Assembly (NCBI GenBank): GCA_009914755.4
Contig: CP068257.2
Location: forward strand, 5,728,001 to 5,792,000
Reading direction: 5' to 3'
From: the human T2T-CHM13v2.0 reference genome, Homo sapiens
DNA length: 64,000 nt
Shown: piece by piece, positions 29,670-47,639 of the stretch
Layout of the letters: each line of letters starts with the position of its first letter
How positions within the stretch are numbered: the stretch's first letter is position 1
Notes under the pieces: generated by a model
Seen by the model: only the letters and a program-made list of their open reading frames with translations
Databases searched by the model: none
Told to the model about the DNA's origin: nothing
Program-made: the position numbers and the translations under genes

Positions 29670-30983
29670 CTAGCAAAGAAAAACCTGGATCCAATGGCTT
29701 CACTGATTAATTTTACCAAACATTGAAGGAAGAATTACTATCAATCCTACTCAAACTATTCCAAAAAACAGAGAAGTCTGTAATATTTCCAAAATCATTT
29801 TATGTAAAAGACCATTCATCGTGTCTAAGTGGGATTCATCCCAAGGATGCCAACATGGTTCAACATATGCAAATCAATCAATGTGACACATCATATCAAC
29901 AGAATGAAGGACAAAAAACATATGATAATTTCAATTGATGCTGAAAAGCATTTAATAAAATCCAACTTCCCTGTGATAAAAAGAAACCCCCAAAAAAACT
30001 AGATTTAGAAGGAACATACCACAACACAATAAAAACCATATGCAACAAACCCTCAGCCAGTATCATCCTGAACAGAGATAACCTGAAAGCCTTTCTTCTA
30101 AGATCTGGAACAAGGCAAGAATGTCCACTTCCAACAATGTTACTCAACATAGTACTGGAAGTCCTAGCTAGAGCAATCAAGAAAATTGAAAAACAGTAAA
30201 GGGCATCCAAATTGAAAGAAGTAAAATTATTATTGTTTTCTTGTTTGCAGGTGATTTGATCTTATATTTGGAAAAACCTAAGAACTCCACCAAAAAACTA
30301 TCAGAACTGATCAACAAATTCAGTCACACGATACAAAATCAAAATGAAAAAATCAGTAACATTTCTAAATGCCAAAACTGAACAATCTAAAGAAGAAAAT
30401 CAAGAACGTAATCCCATTTACAATAGCTACAAATAAAATAAAATATCTAGGAATAAATGTAACAAAAGAAGTGAAAGATCTCTACGATGAAAACTATAGA
30501 ACACCAATGCAAAAAAATTAAAGAAGACACCAAAAAAAAAAATGGAAAGATAGTCCATGTTCATTGATTGGAAGAGTAAATATTGTTAAAATACACATAC
30601 TTCACAAAGCAATCTACAGACCCAATGCAATCCCTATTGAAATACTAATAACATTCTTCACAGAAACAGAAAAAAAATCCTAAAATTTATATGAAATCAT
30701 AAAAGACCCAGAATACCCAAAGCCATCCGTAGCAAAAAGAACAAAACTGGAAGAATCACATCACCTGACGTTAAATTATACTACAGAGCAATTGTAAGCT
30801 AAACAGCATGGTACTGGCATAAAACAGACACATAGACCAATGGAACAGAATAGAGAACCCAGAAATAAATCCTTACATTTACAACTAACTCATTTTCAAT
30901 GAAGGTGCCAAGAATATACATGGGGGAGAGGACAGTCTCTTCACCAAATTGTGCTGGGAAAACTAGATATTCATTGGCAGAAT

Positions 30984-31243
30984 TTTTTTTTTTTTGAGAT
31001 GGAGTCTAGCTCTGTTGCTCAGGCTGCAGTGCAGTGGCGCGATCTGGGCTCACTGCAAGCTCCACCTCCCGGGTTCACACCATTCTCCTCCTCAGCCTCC
31101 CAAGTAGCTGGGAGTACAAATGCCCCCACCATGCCCAGCTATTTTTTTTTTTGTATTTTTAGTAGAGACGGAGTTTCACCGTGTTAGCCAGGATGTTCTT
31201 GATATCCTGCCCTCATGATCTGCCCACCTCAGCCTCCCAAAGT
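30984..31243 (-). mobile_element. Alu SINE, truncated at the right-monomer end, nested in L1, 12-bp TSD
   Basis: T13 GAGATGGAGTCTAGCTCTGTTGCTCAGGCTGCAGTGCAGTGG ... CAGCCTCCCAAAGT; TSD CATTGGCAGAAT at 30972-30983 and 31244-31255. Confidence 0.93.
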
Positions 31244-31667
31244 CATTGGCAGAATAATTAAACTAGAACCCTCTCTTGTGCTATATACAAAAATCAAATC
31301 CAAATGGGTTAAAGACTTAAATCAAGGACAAGAAACTACTGAAAGAAAACATTAGGGAAACTCTCCAGGAAATTGGTCTGGGCACAGATTTCTTGAGTAA
31401 TACTCCAAAAGCTCAGGCAACCAAAGCAAAAATGAACAAATGGTATCACATGAAGTTCAAAAGTTTCTGCATAGTAAAGAAAACAATGGACAAAGTGAAA
31501 AGACAATCCATAGAATGGAAGAAAATATTTGCAAACTATATATCTGACAAGGGATTAATAACCAGAATATATAAGGAGTTCAAACAACTCTATAAGAAAA
31601 AAACTAATAATCCAATTATTTAAATGGGCAAAAAATCTGAACAGACATTTCTCAAAAGAAGGCATGC

Positions 31668-31958
31668 AGGTATGGCGCAGTGGCTCACACCTGTAATTCC
31701 AGCATTTTGGGGAGCCAAGACAGTTGGACCACTTGAGCCCAGGAGTTCAAGACCAACCTGAAAAACATAGCAAATAATTTTAAAACCTACCTGGGCATGG
31801 TGATGCATGCCTGTGGTCCCAGCTACTCAGGAGGCTGAGGTGGGAGGATTGCTTGAACCCTGGTAGTCATAACTACAGTAAGCCATCATTATACCACTGC
31901 ACTCCAGCCTGGGTGACAGAGTGAGACACTGTCTCAAAAAATGAGCAAAAACAAAAAA
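31668..31958 (+). mobile_element. Alu SINE (diverged) nested in L1; TSD CAAAAGAAG
   Basis: GGTATGGCGCAGTGGCTCACACCTGTAATTCCAGCATTTTGGGGAGCCAAGACAG...; L1 reading frame resumes after the insertion. Confidence 0.9.
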
Positions 31959-32596
31959 GAAGATATATAAATGTCAAATAGGTATATGAAAAGATGCTCA
32001 ATATCACCGATCATCAGAGAAATTCAAATCAAAACTACAATAAGATATCATCTTACCCCCATTAAAATGGCTTTTATGCAAAAGACAGGCAATAACAAAT
32101 GCTTGCAAGAATGTAGGGAAAAGAGAACCCTCTTACTCTGTTGGTGGGAATGTAAATTAGTACATTCACTATGGAGAACAATATGGAGGTCCCTCAAAAA
32201 ATTAAAAATAGAACTATCATATGATACAGCAATCCCACTGCTGGGTATATACCCAAGGGAGGGAAAATTAGTATATGAAAGAGATATCTGCATTCCCATA
32301 TTTATTTCAGCACTATTCATAATAGCCAAGATTTGGAAGCAACCTAAGTGTGCATCAACAGATGAAGGGATAAAGAAAATGTAGTACATGTACACAATGG
32401 AGTACTCTTCAGCCATGAAAAACAATAAGATTGTGTCACTTGCAACAACGTGGATGGAACTAGGGAACATTATGTTAAGTACAATGAGCCAGGCACAGAA
32501 AGACTTTGCATGTTCTCACACATTTGTGGGAGTTAAAAATTAAAACAATTGAACTCATCAAGATGGAGAGTAGACTGAGAGTTTCCAGAGGCTGGG

Positions 32597-33165
32597 AAGA
32601 GTAGCGGTGTTATGGGATCTTTGGAGTGTCACTTTTCTGGACAGAAACCTCTATGGCTGGTGGCACCTTTACCTGAGTTTTGCTTGGGCCCCGCCCACTC
32701 AGCCTGGCAGGCTGTGCTCAGCTCATGCTACCAGGTTGGATCCCATGTTTGCCAAGGGAGACTGCGTGGAGTGGCAAGGGGTGTGTGAGCAAGCATGGGG
32801 TCTGGCCACTGTGCAGTCAGACTTCCTGGCTGCTGCAGTGGGGCAGGTAGCTCCAGGTGCCAACATGGGTGCCAGCTCTCCACAAGTCTGTGGCTGGACC
32901 ACGGGCACCGCAAGCAGCTTCCGCAGCTGGCACACTGGGAACACAGTGGCACCCGGAAGCTTGGAGATACCAGGAACCACAGGGCCCCAAAGAGGGAATC
33001 ACAGCCCTGGCTCGGGGAGCTCCCAGGTCTGGGCTTCCCAAAGGGTCACAGCTCTTGTTTCCTTCTCTTTGCCCACAATGTGGCAAGCAAGGGGCATGAC
33101 TCAGCCCTGTTTGTGTTACAGCTCTTTCAGCCTCTTCCCTAGGATTTGTCATAATTAATTCTCAT
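32597..33165 (-). repeat. Copy 2 of the ~540-bp dispersed repeat (probable LTR), inverted relative to copy 1 at 15868-16408
   Basis: Reverse complement aligns end-to-end with 15868-16408; abuts truncated L1 3'UTR on one side and the env-like remnant on the other. Confidence 0.75.
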
Positions 33166-33760
33166 ATTGTCATATTTTTTTACATTTGTTTCAACTTCAG
33201 AAGATGCATAGATCTAAACACAACATAATATGTTAGCTAGCTGCCATATGAATTTCTCCGTGTTTCACCACTATGTAGCCTAAAGTTATTCCGTCATCCA
33301 TGACTATCCTGGCTAAAGAGTCTAAAGATCTTTGTTTGGTAGCTATGGCTTCAGCTAGTTCATTCACTAATTTACCTAGAGTGGTTGACAGATTTCTAAT
33401 TATACGTTCATGAGAGGTTACTCCCCACCATTGCAAGTGACTTCTGCCAAACATTGGCCAAAATTCACCTCCTTGGTTTGCAGGTATGGTTTGTCTAATC
33501 CTGGAAAGTAATTTCGATGAACTACTTCAGTGTTCAGAAACATTGGAGTTATAAATAGAAAGAGGAAGAGTCACATAACCTAATAGACAATTACTTCTCA
33601 TATGCCAGCGGTCAACACATTCATAAGCCCATGGGTGGTTGATCCAGGGACCACACAGGGTCCCTGACAGACTCTGAAAGTTAAGGCTTTGGTTTACTGG
33701 TAACAGAGACAGGTTAAAGTACATGTCTTCAGTCTTGAGTAGAGTGTAATCAGTCTCATT
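33165..33760 (-). pseudogene. env: Retroviral envelope (SU C-terminus / TM N-terminus)-like remnant, weak beta-retroviral (HERV-K-type) similarity
   Basis: Minus-strand ORFs 33527-33724 and 33233-33454 (…EVNFGQCLAEV… / …TLGKLVNELAEAIATKQRSLDSLARIVMDDGITLG…) resemble HERV-K TM segment SVNFVNDWQ…[27 protein letters not shown]; frameshifted and truncated. Confidence 0.3.
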
Positions 33761-34399
33761 TTTTTTTTAATGAGACAAACATCAGGTAAAGACCTTGACA
33801 AGAAGGAAGAGAAATCCCGAGATTCTATAATCATAATAATCGAATTGTAATTGCTAGTTTAAGTAGTCCTTCAAAAATACATCTCATTCCTGACAGGATA
33901 AAACAAGTTTTAAAAAATATATTATATTCAGATTCACTAGGGAACACTTGGAGCCAGGAAATAATTCAGGATTCAGCCCAAATTATAGGCAAATAATAAA
34001 AACTCTAAAACAATGATCAGGGTTGGAATCTAATAGCATATGTCATAGTTTTCTTTTGGAACATAAATTTTCTCTCTAGTCCATCATTTTATCAAAGACA
34101 AATCATAGTAGGACCAATTTTGTATGCAAAATAAGTTTTAGTCTTATCATACCGGGCCTGATTATTTCCATAAAGGGCAGCAAGAATATTTATTGGCCAT
34201 ATAGGCTTCTTAAAATTGGCTTTGTTGGAAATTTTTAATAAGGAATCTTAGACTTTTAAGAGCCTTGAAGCTAGTCAAGTCAAAGATTTGCATCAGACTG
34301 TGTCTGTAATAATTTTTTAACCTACTTTTTTAAATTATACTTTAAGTTCTGGGGTACATGTGCAGAACGTGCAGGTTTGTTACATAGGTATATATATTC

Positions 34400-38400
<4,001 letters not shown>

Positions 38401-38449
38401 TCAGGAGCTCTTGTAAGGCAGGCCTGGTGGTGACAATATCTCTCAGCAT

Positions 38450-39358
38450 TTGCTTGTAAAGGATTTTATTTCTACTTCAATTATGAAGCTTAGTTTGCCT
38501 GGATATGAAATTCTGGCTTGAAAATTCTTTTCTTTAGGAATGTTGTATATTGGCCCCCACTCTCTTCTGGCTTGTAGGCTTTCTGCCAAGAGATCCACTG
38601 TTAGTCTGATGGGCTTCCCTTTGTGGGTAACTCAACCTTTCTCTCTGGATGCCCTTTATATTTTTTCCTTCATTTCAACCTTGGTGAATCTGATGATTTT
38701 GTGTCTTGGGGTTGCTCTTCTTGAGGAATATCTTAGTGGTGTTCTCTGTATTTCCTGAATTTGAATGTTGGCCTGTCTTGCTAGGTTGGGGAAGTTCTCC
38801 TGGATAATATCCTTGAGAGTGTTTTCCAACTTGGTTCCATTCTCTCTGTCACTTTCAGGTAAACGAATCAAACATAGATTCAGTGTTTTAACATATTCCT
38901 CTATTTCTTGGAGGCTTTGTTCATTTCTTTCACTCTTTTTTCTCGAATCTTTTCTTCTTGCTTTATTTCATTGAGTTGATCTTCAATCTCTGATATTCTT
39001 TCTCCTGCTTGATTGATTCAGCTATTGATACTTGTGTATGCTTCATGAAGTTCTTGTGCTGGGTTTTTCAGCTCCATCAGTTCATTTATATTCTTCTCTA
39101 AACTGGTTATTCTAGTTAACAATTCGTCCTACCTTTTTTTTTCAGGCTCTTAGCTTCCTTGCATTGGGTTAGAACACGCTCCTTTAGCTTGGAGGAGTTT
39201 GTTATTACCCGCCTTCTGAAGCCTACTTCTGTCAATCCCTCAAACTCATTGTCTGTCCAGCTTTGTTCCCTTGCTGGTGGGGAGTTGTGATCTTCTGGAG
39301 GAGAAGAGGCATTCTGGCTTTTGGAGTTTTCAGCCTTTTTGCACTGGTTTCTCCCCAT
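38450..39358 (-). pseudogene. L1 ORF1p remnant (interrupted by stops/frameshifts)
   Basis: See ORFs 38656-38871 and 39116-39358; start codon ATGGGGAGAAACCAGTGCAAAAAGGCTGAAAACTCC on minus strand. Confidence 0.85.
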
Positions 39359-40404
39359 CTTTGTGGATTTATCTACCTTTGGTCTTTGATGTTGGTGATG
39401 TTGATACTATTCCTTTATGTTTGTTAGTTTTCCTTCTACCAGTCAGGTCCCTCTGCTGCAGGTTTGCTCGAGTTTGCTGGAGGTCCACTCCAGACCCTGT
39501 TTGCCTGGGTATCACCAGTGGAGGCTCAGTTGGAAATGCATGAACCACCTGCCTTCTGTGTTGATCCCACTGGGTGCTGCAGACCGGAGCTGTTCCTATT
39601 CAGACATCTTGCCAGCTCTCCTGTGATACTTTTATGAATGGGTGTAGTCCTGTCTTCTCAAGGTCCCCAAATAACTTGAGGTTCCTGGGCCAGTCAGAAA
39701 GTGACATTCTTTACTTCTTACCACAAGGACAGCAACTTTGTAAAGGACCCTTGTAGACAAGACACCAAGCCAGTCATTCTAAGGGGCTTTGCATTGGTGC
39801 TATAAAGTCAAGCTCAATTCCTTAAAGTGGTCTGGTTGTATCTGCCGTTCGAGTTAAAGACTTGATAAAACAAACAGTGTCTCCAATTGAATCCTGTTAC
39901 CAAAAATAGATTCTTATTGAAATTATGCAAATAATTATATTGCCATAATTTAGGAATGCTCACGAATGGCTTCTGAATTCTGGAGAAATCAGTTAGAGAG
40001 ACAGATAAATGGCTCAAATTTTTGTTCACAATGTAGTTTTTCTAACGTAGGGTAAGTTAAAAATAGCTGAAAAGAAAAAAAATTCTTGACTTTGGAAAAC
40101 AAAACATAAAGAGAATCAACAATGTTTCCAATGGAAGGGCCATGAATAAAATCTTTTCCTTCTTTTATAAGTTCAGTCCAATGTAACTAAATCTTGTTCT
40201 GCTTGATTTCAAAGAGCAATTCTCATTCAGTTTTTTGTGTTTTGCTTGATTTCAATTGGAAATTCTCATTCAGCTTTTTAGAGTCCTGGAAGATTTTCCT
40301 AGTCCAATGGTATGATCCCCAAAGTTATCTGAAACCATATTTAAGAGAACTTGTCAGAGTCCTTTCCATTAAAAGTAATTTAGATGATAGCTGATTGTAA
40401 AGGC

Positions 40405-40712
40405 TTTTTTTTTTTTGAGACATGGTCTGGTTCTATCACTCAGGATGGAGTGCAGTGGCATGATCTTGGCTCACCACAATTTCTCCCTCCCAAACTCAAG
40501 CCATCCTCCTACCTCAGCCTCCGAAGTAGTTGGGACCATAGGCATGCACCATCATGCTGGCCAATTTTTGTATTTTTGTAGAGACAGGGTTTTACCATGT
40601 TGCCCAGGATGCTTTCAAACTTCTGAGTTCAAGCAATTCACCCACCTCGGCCTTGCAAAGTGCTGGGATTTTTACACGTGTGAGCCACCGTGCCCTGCAC
40701 CACGCCCAGCAC
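40405..40712 (-). mobile_element. Alu SINE (diverged; internal micro-duplication near head)
   Basis: T12 GAGACATGGTCTGGTTCTATCACTCAGGATGGAGTGCAGTGG ... GTGTGAGCCACCGTGCCCTGCACCACGCCCAGC. Confidence 0.88.
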
Positions 40713-41119
40713 CGTGCCCTGCACAGTCTCCAGCAGCACGCCCGGCCTGTAAAGGGTTTTAGAGAAGAACTTTAAACAATCACCGTGGATGACAAAAACT
40801 TAGAATATCCTTTGGTTAAAATCCAGTGGAAGTTCTCGACCTGCGAGAAAATTTATTTATTTCTATTATATGTAGCATTTTAAGATAACAGCCAGAATCA
40901 TGACTGATGGCAACACATCAGATCCATCAGACTTCCACAAATTTTATATAATCTTTAGAATATTCATATTAATAATATATCTATACATATACAACTTTAG
41001 AGAATATTTAACATCATCAAAATTATGACTGATACCATATTAGATTTTTATAATTTATATAACATTTAAAATATTTATATTAATAATGTACCTATAAATG
41101 TAACCAAAAGAAGATTTAG

Positions 41120-41410
41120 GCCAGGCACAGTGGCTCATGTCTGTAATCCCAACACTTTGGGAGGCCAAGTTGGACAGATCATCAGAGGTCAGGAGTTTGA
41201 CACCAGCCTGGCCAACATGGAGAAATCTTGTTTCTACTAAAAATACAAAATTAGCCGGGCGTGGTGGCATGTGTCTGTAGTCTCAGCTACTTGGGAGGTT
41301 GAGGCAGGAGAATCGCTTGAACCTTGGGGCAGAGGTTGCAATGGACCTAGATCACGCCACTGCACTCCAGCCTGGGTGACAAAGCAAGATTCTGTCTCAG
41401 AGAAAAAAAA
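41120..41410 (+). mobile_element. Alu SINE with 12-bp TSD AAGAAGATTTAG
   Basis: GGCCAGGCACAGTGGCTCATGTCTGTAATCCCAACACTTTGGGAGGCCAAGTTGG ... A-tail; TSD at 41108-41119 and 41411-41422. Confidence 0.95.
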
Positions 41411-41540
41411 AAGAAGATTTAGTGTTACTTATCTTTTGGCAATGCTTCCCATACAATGTTATCAAATAAGATTTAGCAAAGATGTCAAAAAATTGAAAAC
41501 ATTTGACCAAAACAGAATGACAGTTTATTGTTTTTTATTT

Positions 41541-41832
41541 TATTATTTTTTTGAGACAGGGTCTCACCCTGTTGCCCAGGCTGGAGTGCAGTGGTGAAAT
41601 CATGGCTCACTGCAGCCTCAACCTCCCAGGCTCAGGTGATCCTCCACCTTAGTATCCCAAGTAGCCAGGACTATGAGCACTTGTTACGACACATAGCTAG
41701 CTTTTGTATTTTCAGTAGAGATGCGGTTTTGCCATTTTGCCCAGGCTGGACTTGAACTCCTGGGCTCAAGTGATCCACCCACCTTGGCTTCCCAAAGGGC
41801 CAGAATTACAGACATGAGCCGCTGCACACAGC
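41541..41832 (-). mobile_element. Alu SINE (diverged, AluJ-like)
   Basis: TTTTTTGAGACAGGGTCTCACCCTGTTGCCCAGGCTGGAGTGCAGTGGTG ... GACATGAGCCGCTGCACACAGCC. Confidence 0.9.
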
Positions 41833-43002
41833 CACATGTCATTTTTAAATAACAGTCATTCATTTAATTAGCATGACAACCAAAAGACATCAAAAGCAAC
41901 GTAGAAGGTTACATGGATGTGATAACTGAAAACCCTCAGTTTTCCCAAGTAATTAAAAAAAAATAAAGGCAACACATGGATTATCTTGATAAAACCTAAA
42001 ATCTTTATTACAGGCCAGTCATTTAAAGGGTAAAACTCCTGTGGCATAACTGTGTCTTCTTACGGGAAACTAATTTAAATCACTTGGAAGTCAATTCCGA
42101 TGACAAGGAGACTTGAATTTAATTAGACATAGAAAGAGTGTGTCCAGGGTCATGAGTGAGCATAATATTACAAAGGAATGTCAACAGGAAAACCAGAGCA
42201 TAGAGCAGTGGGGATCCATAGCTCACAATGATAGCAAGAAAGTTTCCTGGTTACATGAAGTAATTAAGACATATTTAAAAGCCAAGAGTATAAAATTAGA
42301 CCTGATGAAAAAGCTGAAGGAGTTATCATCCCAGCCAAGCAGGAAACCCAAGCCTTTTATTCCTTCTCAAGAAGGAACAGGAGACAGTGATGTGACCTGT
42401 GAGTCATGTGTAACATGAAAGTACAGGAAAAGTTGAACTTCTGATATACAAATCTGAAAAGTTTTTATAGTAACAGATTTCAGGATTAAAAGTCAATATT
42501 TATTACCTCTTATTATGAGCAAATAAATACATTAAGAAAACCTTGTTGTTTTAACCCAAATTTTTAGTTTTTTATCACTGTTTTTAATATTATAGCTAAT
42601 TTAAATAAACTTTATAAACAATCTATCTGATCTCAATCAGTTTTGGCCTCGATGTAAGATTTACATAAACTTTTAATAACCTTGTATAATTTTTTCATCT
42701 TTCCCAACTTTTTATACACATGTAGTTTTATCTATCTTTTTTATTCCTTCAATTTAAAATAATCCTTAAAAATCTCTAAGTGAATTTACTTTCTCTGAAA
42801 CAAAAACCGGTATACATTTTGCATACAGAATTGTTTCTCTTGTATCTAGTAGTCTTAATCACACATATCTAGCAAGATATTAACACTTAGTAACCCTTAT
42901 TTTAATAAAAAACCTAGGAAGCAAGAAATCTGGAATTGTCATATAGCAGTATCTTACATATGAGAATAATTTCATAATTTAGAATTATGTGTTCCTAAAA
43001 CA

Positions 43003-43296
<294 letters not shown>

Positions 43297-43381
43297 AAAA
43301 CATAAGTTTTAAATTGGAAATAACCCAGATATTTAATGAGTATCTATTATTTAATTTAACATAACTAAAATTTCAAAAATA

Positions 43382-43657
43382 GGCTGGGCATGGTGGCTCA
43401 CACCTGTAATCCCAACACTTTAGGAGGCCTAGGCAGGAGTATCATGAAACCAGCCTGAGAAAACTAGTGAGATGCTGACTCTACAAAAAAAATAAAAGTT
43501 AGCTGACCATGGTGGTGTATGCCTGTAATTAACAGCTACATGGGAGGCTGAGGTGGGAGGATCCCTTGAGTGCAGAAGGTCAAGGTTGCAGTGAGTTGTG
43601 ATCATGCCACTGCACTTCAGCATGGGTGACAGACAGAGACACTGTCTCAAAAAAATT
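43382..43657 (+). mobile_element. Alu SINE with partial left-monomer deletion; TSD AATTTCAAAAATA
   Basis: GGCTGGGCATGGTGGCTCACACCTGTAATCCCAACACTTTAGGAGGCCTAGGCAGGAG then jump to …ACCAGCCTGAG…; TSD copies at ~43369-43381 and ~43658-43670. Confidence 0.9.
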
Positions 43658-44140
43658 TCAAAAATACATTAAGATGTCTTGTATAGACATTTATCCATTT
43701 ACATTTACTTATTTTTGACAGTTTATCTAGAGTATTTGTGAGAACTGAGGTATTAGACAAAGCTAGTCATCATTTCTAGGTTATTTTCTTGTTAACCATG
43801 TTATAGCCTGTGAATATCAGGTGTTCACGTAAGTGAGGACTTCAAAGTTAAATACATGGGTATTTTACCAATAACTCAGAAAATTCCATTATTTTTGTTC
43901 AACAAACCATATTAAATTGGTCTTATGTATTTAAAAAATCACATAAACAAATATTCTTTTTTCCTGTGTTTATAGCTTTATAACCTTCATGCCAAACCCT
44001 AGCACCTTAAAATATCTAGCAAATGTAAATATAAAACACAGTCAAAAATGTATGCTGACAAGTCTGAAGAGATTTCTATTTTCTATTTTTATTTTATCAA
44101 TACTTTTTAAATTATTTGTATTTATAAAAGAACTCTTTTG

Positions 44141-44455
<315 letters not shown>

Positions 44456-44697
44456 GAATTGTTTCATTCTTTTGTTTTTCTTCAGCCAAGTGACCTTGAA
44501 TTAGTAACACCACAGACAGTAAGTCTTATCTCAACACCAGTAGACAAATCAGCAGATTCAAAGTAGGCAGGGAAAAAAAAAAGATAGGCAAAAGAACTGA
44601 GACTTTTTCACTTTAGGGTTTTTAAAAATAGTAACTATTTGAGTTCTGAATTTTCTTTCATGTAATTTGGCCATCAGGTTTAAAGTGTGCACTAGAG

Positions 44698-45000
44698 GTC
44701 AGGTGCAGTGGCTCATGAGTGTAATCCCAACACTATCGGAGGCTGAGGCAGGTGGATCACTTGAGGCCAGGAGTTTGAGACCAGCCTGGCCAATGTGACA
44801 AAACCCCATCTCTACTGAATATACAAAAATTAACTGGGTGTGGTAGTGTCCACCTGTAGTCCCAGCTATTCAGGAGGCTGAGGAAGGATAATTGCTCAAA
44901 CCTGGGAGGCGGAGGTTGCAGTGAGCCGCGATTGTACCACCATACTCCATCCTGGGCAACAGAGCAAGACTCTGTGTCAAAAAGAAAAAGGAAAAAAAAA
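44698..45000 (+). mobile_element. Alu SINE
   Basis: GGTCAGGTGCAGTGGCTCATGAGTGTAATCCCAACACTATCGGAGGCTGAGGCAGG ... A-rich tail. Confidence 0.93.
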
Positions 45001-45018
45001 GTATATATATATGTATAG

Positions 45019-45391
<373 letters not shown>

Positions 45392-46069
45392 CTAGCAAGC
45401 TTAAGGTTAGAGCTTCTCATTTTGGCCTTTTCAAGATTAAATCTCCTTTAGTAGACCCTTCCCCTCTAGGGAGGTACTTGCCGGAGCGCTGCCTGAAGTT
45501 GGTTTTCTGATGCCCTGTTGTTTCTGTTCTGAATGGTTTATTTCTCATTATAAGAGCTCAGCAAAGCAGGCAGAGTTAAAAAGCAGAGACATGAAGGCTT
45601 TAAAATCATGGACTTCACTCCTACACTGAATCTCAGGTCCCCAGAAAGACAGAAACACCATGGGACCACAGCAAAGGCAGAAGGAGGAGTGAGAGAGGGA
45701 GGTGGACAGAACAACAAACAGGAGTTGGCTCTCATTTTTTCACGCGTGCCATTTTCTTTAGGTTTTTCTAGTTTATGGAGACTCTTTGTTCCAGTTGAGC
45801 ACACAGATAAACTAGAGATCTCACAAGGCTTTTGCTGAGAACATCAAAGCCTTTAACCTCTGTTGGGCCAAATATTTAGACCAAAAATACAGACAGACAC
45901 ACAAAAGCCAGAACCGGACCAGATTGAGTAGCTTAGTGGCTACAGCCTTTATTCCCTTTATTCTTTAGGATACGAACTCAAACCAGATTCAGGGTTCTAA
46001 CCCAACCAGGACCCCCCTGGGGTGAAACTGAAACCCCACAGTCTAGACAAGGTTGGGGGTCTTTTTTTA

Positions 46070-46335
<266 letters not shown>

Positions 46336-46488
46336 ATGAGCCACCGTGCCCGGCCTGCTTGTTCTTTTCATTTCATCCTGATCTCCGAATACAGGAGAGT
46401 AGCTGATTTGGTGTTCACTAACAAGCACAGAAGCTTTGTTACATTTACAGTGTCATTCTTGGCAAAACCTGAAGTTTTGCCTCCTGGA

Positions 46489-46692
46489 TTCATGCCATTC
46501 TCCTGCCTCAGCCTCCTGAGTAGCTGGGACTATAGGCGCCCGCCACCTCACCCAGCTAATTTTTTGTATTTTTAGTAGAGACGGGGTTTTGCCGTGTTAG
46601 CCAGGATGGTCTCGATCTCCTGACCTTGTGATCCGCCCACCTCGGCCTTCCAGAGTGCTGGGATTACAGGCGTGAGCCACCGCGCCCAGCCA
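46489..46692 (-). mobile_element. Alu SINE, truncated at the right-monomer end (missing poly-A tail and ~75 nt of the right monomer)
   Basis: Begins mid-element at GCCTCCTGGATTCATGCCATTCTCCTGCCTCAGCCTCC ... ends GGCGTGAGCCACCGCGCCCAGCC. Confidence 0.9.
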
Positions 46693-46778
46693 GAAGCTCT
46701 AATTTCAATGATGATTGTGCTTTTTCTCTCTTCCTCAGCATCTGGCTCATGATAAAATTTCAGGTGTCTTGATGGTAT

Positions 46779-47169
46779 CTAAATCAGTTGTTGATTCAGT
46801 CCTGGAGAAACACAAGCATAACCTCTATGCCAAGTTATAATTTTACCTATTTCCCAACTTTTTGTTATTGGATCTCTCCACCAAACCAGTTGGTCTGCTT
46901 CTGTCTTTGCAGCTGGTTTCTGTAGATGCTGTTCAGCTGCTGGTAACATCTGGCCTTTGGGCAGGCTCAAAAATTTGAAAGTTAATAATGCAAGATTCAA
47001 TTGTGTATGGGCTATCCCGTAATCCCTGTTTCTCCCCATTTTTTGTTTTTATTATCAGTTGTTCATCTGTATGAAATCTTAACTGAGCATTTTCAATTAA
47101 CTGTGTGGAATGACCCATGTATGAAGAATCAGAAATCACATTAACAGGCATATCAAAAGCAGTCAACAC
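46779..47169 (-). pseudogene. pol: pol remnant: RNaseH (46933-47169) and integrase C-terminal domain (46779-47039), frameshifted
   Basis: …DMPVNVISDSSYMGHSTQLIENAQL… (cf. HERV-K PINIISDSAYVV) and …QLNLALLTFKFLSL…AEQHLQKPA…QLVWWRDPITKSWEIGKIITWHRGYACVSPG (cf. HERV-K QLNLALYTLNFLNIY…AEQHLTGKK…[31 protein letters not shown]). Confidence 0.8.
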
Positions 47170-47639
47170 CTCAATTACAGCTACAAGCTCCGCCTTTTGA
47201 GCTGAAGTATAGGGTGTCTGGAAAACTTTAGCTTTTGATCCAGAATAAGAACCTTTACCATTACTAGACCCATCTGTGAAACAATGAAAACGCTTAGCAG
47301 GCTGCAGGTTGTTTACTGCAGGAATTGTAAATGCAAACCGTTCACAGTCTTGCTCAGCTAAAAGGGTAGTAAAGAAACAGTCTTTTAAATCTGTGACTAT
47401 TAAAGGCCAATTTTTTGGAATTATAGTAGAGAAGGGAATCCTGGCTGTTATATTTCCATAGGTTGTATAACTGAATTGATGGCTCTTAAGTCAGTTAACA
47501 TTTTCCATTTACCTGATTTTTTCTTAATTATGAAAACTGGAGAATTCCAAGGGGAAAATGTTGGAGCTATGTGCCCATTTTCTAATTGTTCAGTAACTAA
47601 TTTCTCTAAAGCATCCAGTTTCCCTTTGCTTAGCAGCCA

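Noticed and set aside
39640-40400. Remainder of the truncated L1 3'UTR or additional proviral pol/env sequence flanking the L1PA insertion
   Set aside because: No L1 3'UTR or retroviral protein similarity was found by eye. The minus-strand 71-aa ORF (39814-40029) has no recognisable motif, so I left it unassigned.
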